A stretch of DNA of 62,102 nt, filler included, from Asterionella formosa (taxonomy: Eukaryota), in NCBI GenBank assembly GCA_002256025.1. It is 19 parts of 19 records of this genome, joined end to end, with 100 filler letters (N's around TTAATTAATTAA, not from the genome) between each part and the next. Parts side by side here need not be neighbours in the genome. Positions count along the whole stretch, not along the records: positions 9,843 to 13,022 come from NKIB01014390.1; positions 13,123 to 16,299 come from NKIB01014391.1; positions 16,400 to 19,577 come from NKIB01014392.1; positions 19,678 to 22,855 come from NKIB01014393.1; positions 22,956 to 26,132 come from NKIB01014394.1; 14 more parts are not named here. One strand, written 5' to 3'. Positions 12,616-23,096 of this stretch are shown piece by piece. Below the pieces are notes generated by a model. The model had not been told where the DNA came from. It made no database searches and saw nothing but the letters and a program-made list of their open reading frames with translations. Made by a program: the position numbers and the translations under genes. Position 1 is the first letter of the stretch. Each line of letters begins with the position of its first letter.

Positions 12616-13122
12616 TTGGAAAGTTGTCAAAGGGCCAGAAGACAATAATGTAAAACAGTGGAAGGGAAACGCGGAGCTTTTCGCGGAGCTTATTGCGGCG
12701 CTTGTGGAGGTTGAACTAGTGTGATGGTAACTGAGTGTAGTAACTGTAGAACAGAGCACAGTGTAGTATGCATGTTCCGCCAGTGTAGTGTTTACACAAT
12801 ACACATGCTGGCATATATATAGCTAAAACAAGGAAAGACGACATGACAATGAACGTGATGGCTGGTTGTTGAGGATACCGGTATGTGATATGCATCAATC
12901 CATATCACAAATCATATTATAGTGATGTACATATCAACGCATCCGTATACTTAGATCCTATCCACTGTATAATACTATCATATTAACTGTTGACTTTAAC
13001 TGTATACATTAAACGACAAACANNNNNNNNNNNNNNNNNNNNNNNNNNNNNNNNNNNNNNNNNNNNTTAATTAATTAANNNNNNNNNNNNNNNNNNNNNN
13101 NNNNNNNNNNNNNNNNNNNNNN

Positions 13123-13640
13123 CTTTCCAAATGGCATTTCACGGATTTCATGGAAAGGATCAGTCAAACAAGAAACGAGACTTACTTCCATTGTTTACAC
13201 TACACGACTTTATGTTTTTCGGAAGAGAAGATGAAGAAACTTATGAAATCAATCGAAGATTCCTTTGAATGCACTCAAAGATCAAATGAATTTGAACAGA
13301 TTCATAATACTCCAGAAAAAATAATAATGAAGCAAGTATACCGATACAATAGTGGCTGAGATTGAAGAGAAGGAAAGATTGGCTTGCTTTCGAAGAGGAA
13401 ACCCAAACTGTTGGTCTTTGTGGATGAAGACTCTATTCGTACAGAGTCATAGTTCCACCATCCAGTGTCGTATTTTGCTCCTCATTCTCCCGAAATCGCT
13501 GATAATCAAGAAGAACTCAGTGATTCTCATTCATTTGATGAACAAATGCATGCGATGAATGAAATTATCGGCGGAAACGTGGCTGACAACACTTCAGAAG
13601 TAGAAATGGTTGAAAAGTTGCAAAACCAAGAAACATACTT
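13123..13640 (+). repeat. Second, degraded partial copy of the 12125-12622 region
   Basis: Near-identical sequence on a different contig (SEEKMKKLMKSIEDSFE, SYFAPHSPEIADN...VEKLQNQ), with small indels. Confidence 0.9.
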
Positions 13641-13697
13641 CCATGCCTATCTCGGTTTATATACTCCTTGTGGCTAGAGTTCATTGTGTGCGAGTTT

Positions 13698-14399
13698 TTA
13701 TGCTTTCGGAATGGTCGAAGCACGCAATGTCTTACGTTGGACACTGAATTCAGTTTTGCAGCTAGGACACTTGACTTAGCAATGTCAGTGAAACCCTCCA
13801 CACCCAAGATCTTTCCAAAGTAGACGCGGTTCTCAACTTCACAGCTGGGGCAAGGCCCGAAAGCAATGAATTTACCAGGGAAGAGAATCTCCTCTGTAAT
13901 AAATTTAGATCCGGTGTAGAGGAACGGGGTGCCAATGAGGAGGAAGAACAACGGGTTGATTCTCAACACAGTCGACAAGAGTTCGAAACCAATACCAAGC
14001 CAAACACTTGTGAGTACAATAATGGCGGGAAGGTAGAGAAGATTTGATCTGAATTGGTCTTCTTTCAATGTAACAGTGCAAATTCCAGTGTCGATGTAGC
14101 ATTTTGGAGATGTTGAGACTGCAAACTTCGATCCAGTTTCTTTGAGCTCCGTCTTCAATGCATCAAACTCAGCATCTGGCATCATCGGTTCACCTTTCAA
14201 GTATGCCTGCATGGCGGCGAGATATGTGGCTTCCTTTCGCTTCATGACAACCATGTCAGATCCGTTCGATTGCAAATCTTCCTTCAATAGGTCAAACTCG
14301 TCATCCTTGAGCATTTGCCTTCCAGTGGCATAGTAGGACTGAAGCGCGTCCAGAAAGATACGCTCCTTTTCGGCTACTGTGAGACGAATGAGTTCCCCA
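13698..14399 (-). pseudogene. PGRL1: PGR5-like protein 1 (PGRL1), cut at the 5' side by an LTR insertion and frameshifted
   Basis: GELIRLTVAEKERIFLDALQSYY...DDEFDLLKEDL, AMQAYLKGEPMMPDAEFDALK, two TM segments, GPCPSCEVEN. The terminal VKCPSCKTEF...PKA* is out of frame after about 13777. Confidence 0.9.
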
Positions 14400-14815
14400 T
14401 GTTAAAAAAATTCGAGCTGACTGCCACAGGACAGGAGTGAAGGGTATAGTAGACACGAGAGAGTACAGTACTACAGTTAAAACCGTACAGCCGCTACCAA
14501 GAGTTACCTGGGCTGACATGGTAAAAGGCACAACGCAAGGAAAAGCAATCAGAGGTCAGGAAAAAATGTTAAAATGCAGTGTGAGTAATAAGAGTGTTTC
14601 GAGACCATTATCTCGAAACAATCCAGTTAGTAAAGTGAAAGTTTAAGTTTGACAACTTCCTCGTTGCTATCAATTTCATCAACTGTATTCGATTAACACA
14701 GTACTAGGTTCAAGGCCTACGATACGGTCGAATACGGTAGTTGTTACAACATTGTTTCGAGATAAAAATAAAACAAAAGGAACAGCCATTCACATGGAAG
14801 GCTGGAGTTTCAACA
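14400..14815 (+). repeat. Putative 5' LTR of a Copia (CoDi-like) element
   Basis: Starts TGTTAAAA exactly where PGRL1 homology stops and ends TTTCAACA (inverted termini), 90 bp before gag. Confidence 0.7.
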
Positions 14816-16299
14816 TTTTAATCTAATCGAGTTTTTGAACACTTTATAGATTCTAGTAGCGCAGCTGAAGGCCGCAGCCACCAATCAAGGAACCAACGAA
14901 CCCCATGAGCGCCACCCCAGACGCAACGACAAGCGGCAGCTTAGCGAGTGGACGCGGCAGCACCGGTGGGAGAGGGCGAAGGGACAACCGTCCGCACGGG
15001 AGCCGTGGCGGCCGGGCAAGGACACAAGCGACAAGCAACAACCGTGGCATTTTTAAGGGCAGCACAGAGGGCATGAACGGAAACATATTTGAATGCTATG
15101 AAGAACAAAGCGACAGACGCCAGTACGCCAAAACGTTAGAAGTTCTAGATGGATATGTGAGGAAAACACTGAAGTACTCTGAAGACCTTGCCCCTTTGTT
15201 TGCCGACACCATGGCGGTTCCCATGGTAGACATGCCAGATGACCTAGATGATGATGCAGGACTGACCATGAAAATGATTTTCGCAGAAGAAGTAAAAACG
15301 TATGTCAAGCGCAATCATACCCTGAAGAGCAACCTAGCAACAGTGTATGCGGTGATTTGGGGCCAGTGTAGTGATGACATGAAGGCAAAGATCAAAACGC
15401 ACGATGACTAAAAGGACAAGACTGTCAACAACGATTGTTTTTGGCTTCTAAAACAGATCAAGTCGATTACTCTACAGTTCGATCAAAGCAGGAATGGTTT
15501 CATTGCACTTTTGGACGCCCAGACCAGCTTCCTCAATTGTCGTCAGTTACAAGGACAGTCTGCAGAAGACTACGTCGAGTGTTTGCGAGGATGGGCTGAG
15601 ACCATCGAGTACCATGGTGGCACCGTGGCAGCAAATTACAAACTGGTACCCTTCCAGGATCAGGACGGGAATGGGCGTAGCACTGAAGAGCGAAAGGAGA
15701 TCGCACGCGAACGCACCCTTGCAATCGCTTTGATTCGAAGTGCTGACCCCACCAGGTATGGCACCCTCATCAATGACCTGTCAAACCAGTATGCAATGGG
15801 AATTGATCAGTACCCCACCGATTTATTGTCAGCCCAAAGCCTTCTCGTCAACTACAGAACTCCAACAAACACCAGCGTCAGGACAGACACAGCACGCTCC
15901 CAGCCGACTGGAAGCCCTGAGGCCAGTGCAATGACGTTTGCGCAACGTGGCGAAATCGCAGGAAACAATGGAGTGTTACATGATGGCATCATCTGTTACA
16001 ACTGCCAGAGCCTAGGACACTACGCGGGAGACTGCCCTGACAGGCAGGGATCGACGACCTCAGGCACTACATTGGCGCAGTATGCATACATGCTTGCACA
16101 GACCGGCGACCCTGGGATTGATCCCAAGTGGATCCTTCTCGACTCGCAGTCGACAATCTCCGTGTTCAAGAATGCCGACATGCTCAGCAACATCCGGCGT
16201 AGCCCTTACGTACTCAGGGCGCTCACAAATGGGGCTACCAGGACTCCAACATGGTAGGAGATTTTCCCAATTTGGGTAAGGTTTGGTACAACCGTGAAT
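14400..16299 (+). mobile_element. Ty1/Copia (diatom CoDi-like) LTR retrotransposon, 5' part (gag and protease)
   Basis: One reading frame from 14905 with an in-frame TAA at 15409. IWGQCS gag motif, zinc knuckle CYNCQSLGHYAGDC, protease WILLDSQST. Frameshift near 16232 before GKVWYN. Confidence 0.9.
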
Positions 16300-16399
16300 N
16301 NNNNNNNNNNNNNNNNNNNNNNNNNNNNNNNNNNNNNNNNNNNTTAATTAATTAANNNNNNNNNNNNNNNNNNNNNNNNNNNNNNNNNNNNNNNNNNNN

Positions 16400-19300
16400 C
16401 AACTGGATCCAAACGTGGCCGATGAAGGATGGAAAGATGACTGGAATGGAAATCTTATGTTGATTACCAAAGAAATTTCCAATCCTGTTTCAAAACGAAG
16501 AAAATCTGGAAAATCAGAGTGGACACAACCACTTTGGGAGTGGGCTAAGCTAGGCGGGAACAATATGCGACTGGCGAGAAATTTGTTGGCTTTTGTATAC
16601 CATACAAAAGGAACGCCACCAACTGCTAAGCGGATCTTTGCGCATGTATCTCAACAAGCAGATGCGGATCCATTCTCTGACATTTTCGATGCTGTGAAGA
16701 GAGTAACCTACGACCCTTGTGTACTTCGCGAAGACGGCTGGACTACAGCAAAATCAAGAAAGCCCCAAGGGGCGTCGGGTGGTGCTTTCCATATCGGTTC
16801 GATGGTTCATTGGCAAGGCTACGAAGCCGTTGTGATTGCGTATGTGCACGATGACGAGTTTGGCGATCTATGGAAAGCGATGTGGTTTGAGGGATTTGAA
16901 ACGTTTGATCTTGAGGCAGGCGAGCTCCAAGAGGCAAGGAAGAAATGGGAACGGAGAAACAAAGACAAGACTCATGGACCAAGACCACGCAGTAGCAGTG
17001 TTACAGGGAGTTCTCGATTCTCTTCTACCAAAACTTTCACAGTGGAAGGAATTGAGCATGGAATCGTTCTTGCAACAACGTACAATCCGCTGGCTCGACC
17101 AGGCGTATTTTGGCCAGCGCGTGTGATGCATGTATCTGAGCTAGAAAGAACAAAATCGCATGGCAATAAAAGGAACTCTTCAAAAGGAAAGATTAACGTT
17201 GTATTTTTATGTCCATATTGGAATTCAATCAATGTCATCAGTGGGAAGCCCTCGGGACCAGGATCTTTCGCAGATTCACCACTCATTGAAATGGACACGA
17301 TAGAGGTCTCCGAGCAAACAATTCAAAAGTACCCTTATGACGGAAGTAACGGATTGAACATCCGCCAATTTCGCGTGGCGTTCCGGTTCACTGGTCTCCC
17401 AAAACATATGTTTTCGAGATTTGTGGACAGCCATAGGTTGGCCCTGGCATTGAAGACATATGCTCAAACTGAAGTTAAAGCGGTACATACTCATCAAGCC
17501 AGTGCCGCTTTATTCGACACACATTTCTTGGCCATTCAAACTGCTCAATTTCCATCCGCTTTGCTTCATCTTCCATTTAAATTCATTCTAAATAAACTTC
17601 CTGTTTTTGGAGACGAGAAGTCTGCATCGCAAGAAGAAGACACGATCGAGCCAGTTCTACACTTCAGTGAAATGTTGAATTCTATGGCTCCGCCGCATTG
17701 CTGGGGACAACAAGGCAATGTGGCTACGCCGAATGCCCGCGTTAACAACGGAGTTAAATCAGCAACGATCAAATCACCGGTTCCGAAATCGCTTGCATTA
17801 GGTTCAGATAGAGCCATCCAGAAAGTAGGGAGCAATCATCCTCCTCCAGAAATTGTCAGCTTTGCCAGTCAATTTCTCGTTGACGAGCTGACAGCGCTTT
17901 GCAAGGCGGGCCTCTCATCGTCGTCTTTGCTAGACGACCTTGGTAGAATGGTTTCTAGAATGGTCTTTGTGGTGTCTAGATTTCATGACATCGCTCCAAA
18001 CTTGAAATTCGCCAAGCTGAGCTCATTGTTGCAAGAATGTCTCCGACTTAAGGTAAGTTCATACGACGAGAATTTCATGACTTCCGATCACCTCGTTCTA
18101 ATGAGTTGAGGTGGCGTCACAGTATCTTGGCGAAGAAAGCTTGGCTTCAGACAAGGATTTTCTAGACAATGAAGATACACTGAAAGTCGAATGGCGCAAA
18201 TGTTGTGAACGAATCTTTCGATCCGTCACGATCAATTGCTCGTCGGAGGGATTCGGGAACGGCGTAACTGTTGTTCAGAGCGATACACGATGTAATGAAC
18301 ACGTCACTGGGAATTGTGTTGAAAGATCGGTTAGGCTACCTGCTGCGTTGAAAGGAGCAAGGTTGGCTGGGGCGGGGAAAATCCCTTCTTTCATCTTGTC
18401 TACAACAGTAGACAACCACTACATTGAGCTAGCCGAAACTTGTGTTATCAACAAGGCTCACTCCTCAGCATACTTGAAACGGATGAAATCACGATGTCTC
18501 TCTCTTGCTCCTGATGCTACAGGCGAGCCACTAACTGCTGACAGTGATGGGAATGGTGGAGATGACACTAGTAAGTACAACCTGTGCCCTCTTGGATATT
18601 ATTTGCATTTCTCCGATGTTAACTCCTTCATCTTCTTATGTCGCTATTAGATGGATCACGGGGTACTTGGAACGCAGCAGTCGCTGGAGTTGCAGCAGCC
18701 ATTAAGGCAGTTGATATGATTGTCGGCGGAATGTGTGTCAATGTTTTTTGTGCCACAAGACCACCAGGTCACCACGCAGGGAGAGAGCTTCATGCCATGA
18801 CAGCCGTCTCCAACGGGTTTTGCATTTTGAATCCGGCTGCTTGCGCTGCCATCTATGCTACAACCCCACAGAGCGAAGGAGGTATGGGTCTCAAACGAGT
18901 ATGCGTTCTCGATTGGGATGTCCATCATGGAAATGGTACACAGGACATCCTGTGCGCCACCCATGATCCTCGTTTCTTATACATTTCCCTCCATGCAGGT
19001 GGTGCACTCATAAATGGATATGCGTCCGACGATTCTGACAATGAGTACCGTCGTGCTGGTAGCGGCAAGCTAGAAGGAATTTATCCTGGCCGTTGCGGTG
19101 ACAATTCGCCTCACAGAGGCGTCTTGAACATTCCACTTGGAGCCAGAGTGACACCTCATGAGGTGGGGCATGCTCTTGTGTCGCAAGTCGAACCAGCAGT
19201 CGAAGAATTCGCTCCAGATCTCATTATTTTGTCAGCTGGGTTTGATGCCCACAAGCACGATCCCTTGGGCATGGGAGGACTTTCCGCCGATGATTTTGGA

Positions 19301-19577
19301 CACATCACGGAGGTTGCTTGCGCAATGGCCTTTAAATGTTGTAGTGGCCGTATTATGAGTATCCTAGAAGGGGGCTACGGTGTACCCTGCTGTCGGCCAC
19401 AAGAAAGTATTTTTCTCCCTCCTATGCAGCAATCTAATGACATGTCAGGAAGCCATTATAGTGCTGAGCCACTTCCAGCACCGAACGAAACCGGGAAGCG
19501 AGTACAGACCTTGAAGCTTACCGACTTGGGTCAAGACCTCCCAGCTAATATGGACGATCAAGTACATCCCGGTTTAC
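16400..19577 (+). CDS. Class-II-like histone deacetylase with long N-terminal extension; partial, introns 18053-18122 and 18571-18650
   Basis: RPPGHHA, NGFC, LDWDVHHGNGTQ, ISLH, SAGFDAH and LEGGY are all present. Two GT-AG introns join the three ORFs in frame. Confidence 0.92.
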
Positions 19578-19747
19578 NNNNNNNNNNNNNNNNNNNNNNN
19601 NNNNNNNNNNNNNNNNNNNNNTTAATTAATTAANNNNNNNNNNNNNNNNNNNNNNNNNNNNNNNNNNNNNNNNNNNNTGATTTAAACTCACTTGAGGAAC
19701 AAGTTGTTATCACAGAAAAGATTGAAAAAAGGTTTTTGCCAAATGAA

Positions 19748-22289
19748 TCAAACAGGAACTAATGACCATGTTTCTTGCAAATACAAACCATGAGTAATTC
19801 TGCATAGGAGCATTATTGTGATTATTCCAATAATCATGATCATCAAGATACCTCCAGCTTTAGCAATCTCAGTCCCCACCTCGATGCAGTATTTCACAAA
19901 CAAGATTGAAAGACCAATGAAGTATTTCGCAAACAAGATCGAAAGTGCTTTACGACCATTTTCTTGAACATCAACATTAGAAGAATGATTCTTCATAGCA
20001 GAACAAATTGTAGTGATACCTCCTGCATTAGCAATCGCCACAATAAAGTTGTAATTCACAGCCAAGTTCCCAAGTGCTGCACAACCATAGTGCTGCACAT
20101 TAGCATTCATTGAATAATTCTTCATAGCAGTCAGAATCAAAGTGAAACCTCCTGCTGCAACAATTGACAGCTTGTTGTTGTCATTCACAGCCAAGTTTCC
20201 AAGAGCTGCACAACCATAGTGTTGGACATTTGCATTTGATGAATGATTCTTCATAGCAGTCAGAGTCATAGTGATTCCTCCTTCTTTAGCAATGATCACC
20301 TGGTTGTCATCATTTACAGTCAAGTTCCAAAGTGCTAAACAACCATAGTGTTGAACATTTGCATTGTTTGAATGATTTTCCATTGCAGACAGAATTGTAT
20401 TGATACCATCAGCTTTAGCAATGGTAACCTTGTTCTTTTCATTCACAGCCAAGTTCCCAAGAGCTGCACAACCATAGTGTTGAATATTTTCATTGGATGA
20501 ATATTTCTTCATAGCAGTCAGAGTCATAGTGATTCCTCCTTCTTTAGCAATGATCACCTGGTTGTCATCTTTCACAGCCAAGTTCCAAAGTGCAGCACAA
20601 CCATAGTGTTGAACATTTGCATTGGATATATGATACTTCATAGCAGACAGAATTGTATTGATACCATCAGCTTTAGCAATGGTCACCTTGTTGTTGTCAT
20701 TCACAGCCAAGTTTGCTATCTCCATGAGATTTTTTTCTTTGATGTCAGCATCCTGCTCATTCCTTTGCATCTCTGAAAGAAGCTCAGCAATTCCTTCATT
20801 TATGGTTGCTTGACTCACAAGTTGACCCAATCCTTCAACCAATTCACTAGTCTCTGGCCTCTTTGTGCGACTTGTTGTCTGAATGCAACGAATGGCTAAT
20901 GCACACACCGAGGACAGAATTCCTTCTTCCCATTTTGCAAGAGGATCAGCATCCTTCACTAATTTTGGAATTGCTTCCTCCAATGCCTCTGATGCGGACC
21001 CTTCAAAATTTTCCGGGAAGTAGCATTCATAGAAATCTCCCAACTTCTCACTATCACTTTGGAGACAGCCTGTCACTAGCTCAATCATGACAATGCCAAA
21101 TGAGTAAACATCACATGATGCTTCAAATTTTCCACCCTGAAAATGAAATGGACATGTGTAGGCAGGTGTCCCATATGTTCCATCACCTGCTGTGTAACAA
21201 ACTGAGGAAGGAATTGGATTGGTTATTACTGAGCTACCCTTAGGCACAAACTTGGCTAGGCCACAATCAATCAGCTTGGCAGTATAGTTCTGATCAAGGC
21301 AGATATTAGATGACTTGATGACCCGATGAAACAGAGTGTGGCCGTCCTTTTCTATAGTATGAAGGAAGTCGATGGCAGAAATAATTTCGTTCATGATTCG
21401 AAGTCGGATCTTACTTGAGAGACTTGATCTGCTTTGTTCACTCTTATAGAATCTATCAAGTGACCCCTTGGATAATAACTCATACACCAGGTATTGATCA
21501 GATACCACATGTTGATCAGATGAAACAGGGGACAAATGATAGCCGTACAAAGTTACAATATGAGGGTGTCGGAACCTCTTTAATACCTGAAACAGTATGA
21601 TAAAAGAATGAGAAATGTAAAAACTTGAAACAACATGCAATAGATGATAACACACATGAGCTCACCTGCAATTCGTTTTCAAAACTCTTACTCATTCCTT
21701 TTTTCTGATCTTCCAAAAAATCTAAATTGAAACGAAGACATTTCACAGCAAAATACTGATTGTCATCCATGCCTTTGTAGACAGCACCAAAAGAACCATG
21801 ACCAAGTTTTCTCTCTTCAGCAAAGTTGTTTGTACAACTAATAATGAATTCCTTAGGAAGCTCGATTGGTCTTAAATCCACATTGTCCATAGCTTCCTTC
21901 ATTTTCGACCGACCTTCAGAAATGAGTTCAGTTGTGTTGGCTGCTGTTGGCTTGTGGTTCTTGTTTGCATCAACCAGTTTTTGAATATCATTTAGTAAAT
22001 TACTATCAATTTTATTATTTCCGAGATCAAGTTTAGTCAAGACAGTATTGCCCTTGAGAGCCACTGCAATGGCCTTGGCTCCGTCATAACCAATTGAATT
22101 ACTCGAGAGAACAATTGTAGTCAAGACAGTATTGTCCTTGAGAGCCTTTGCAATGGCCTTGGCTCCGCGATTACCAATTGAATTATCACCGAGATAAAGT
22201 TCAGTCAAACTTGGATCATTCGCTTTCAACCGTTTGACAGATTTCTCCAATTCTGTTTCTTCCTTCTTTCGACGAGAAGCTTTTAGCAT
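19748..22289 (-). CDS. RI-like LRR + Pelle/IRAK-type (pseudo)kinase + armadillo-repeat protein; intron 21587-21665
   Basis: LTELYLGDNSIGNRGAKAIAKALKDN LRRs; TNNFAEERKLGHGSFGAVYKG, AVK, HRVIKSSN, DCGLAK, DVYSFG; 43-aa repeats VQHYGCAALxNLAV. The intron joins the two ORFs in frame. Confidence 0.88.
19940..20712 (-). repeat. Coding tandem repeat, about 6 x 129 bp (ARM repeats)
   Basis: tcacagccaag-like anchor at 20056, 20185, 20314, 20443, 20572 and 20701. Confidence 0.95.
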
Positions 22290-22373
22290 TGTCAATGTCG
22301 TCTTGAATGTAATGAGAGTTGTCTTTGGTTTATTCGAGATACTTCTTTGTTTGGTTCTTGTTCGTGTCTCGTC

Positions 22374-22411
<38 letters not shown>

Positions 22412-22640
22412 GATTGAATTCTGCCAAAATAGTTTCTCTATGACTTGTCGTAGAATTCTACGATGCAACTCATTATTGCTCCTGCATGATAGATGGAAAA
22501 TGCCGAAAATTTTGTCGATCCTCATGAATCGGTACCAGGTACCTGGTACCAATATATAGCACATTTAGCTACATATGATGCATGATGATGGTAATGTATA
22601 AGATTGGACTGCCCGTATGTTTACGATTGGACTACCGGTA

Positions 22641-22855
22641 TGTTGAAATATATGGCGCTACTCTAGCGCGCTCCAGTACTGCCCTGGAATGACCGGTCAA
22701 GATCTTTCTCACGCCGGTCGTCTGCAGCTTCTTCTGCTATATAAATCCTGTCTATTTCCGTTTAGACATTCCTCAGACTACCTAGTCTTCGGACACCTGT
22801 CGACATCAACAGCCTAACAGACACACTCTGACACCCTCCCCTGTTGATGCTCGAC
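22641..22855 (+). mobile_element. Possible start of another LTR
   Basis: Begins TGTTGAAA with a composition shift and TATATAAA at about 22738; runs off the contig. Confidence 0.25.
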
Positions 22856-23096
22856 NNNNNNNNNNNNNNNNNNNNNNNNNNNNNNNNNNNNNNNNNNNNT
22901 TAATTAATTAANNNNNNNNNNNNNNNNNNNNNNNNNNNNNNNNNNNNNNNNNNNNCATTGATGAGCAGATTTCTTTGCGAACATCATACCAATATCATAA
23001 ATGTGTCTCGTGTTACCGAATATCAGATGAAGAATATCGTCGCTGCCGGACCATTCTTCGTTTCCCATTGAGCTTATTTCACATTTGTAGGTCATT

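Noticed and set aside
12125..13640. Apparent large inverted repeat around 13023-13122
   Set aside because: The arms are on different contigs, so orientation and adjacency are arbitrary. It is treated as a dispersed repeat.
13565..13697. Novel C-terminal tail of PGRL1 in the ORF track
   Set aside because: It results from the frameshift reading on into 3' flank and the antisense of the duplicated ORF.
15409..15411. Programmed readthrough in Copia gag
   Set aside because: The stop is mid-gag and a further frameshift follows near 16232; mutation or sequencing error is simpler.
22290..22427. N-terminal DNDND extension of ORF 21516-22427
   Set aside because: The ORF begins at TTG and the segment is a (GTCGTT)n microsatellite; the first ATG is at 22289.
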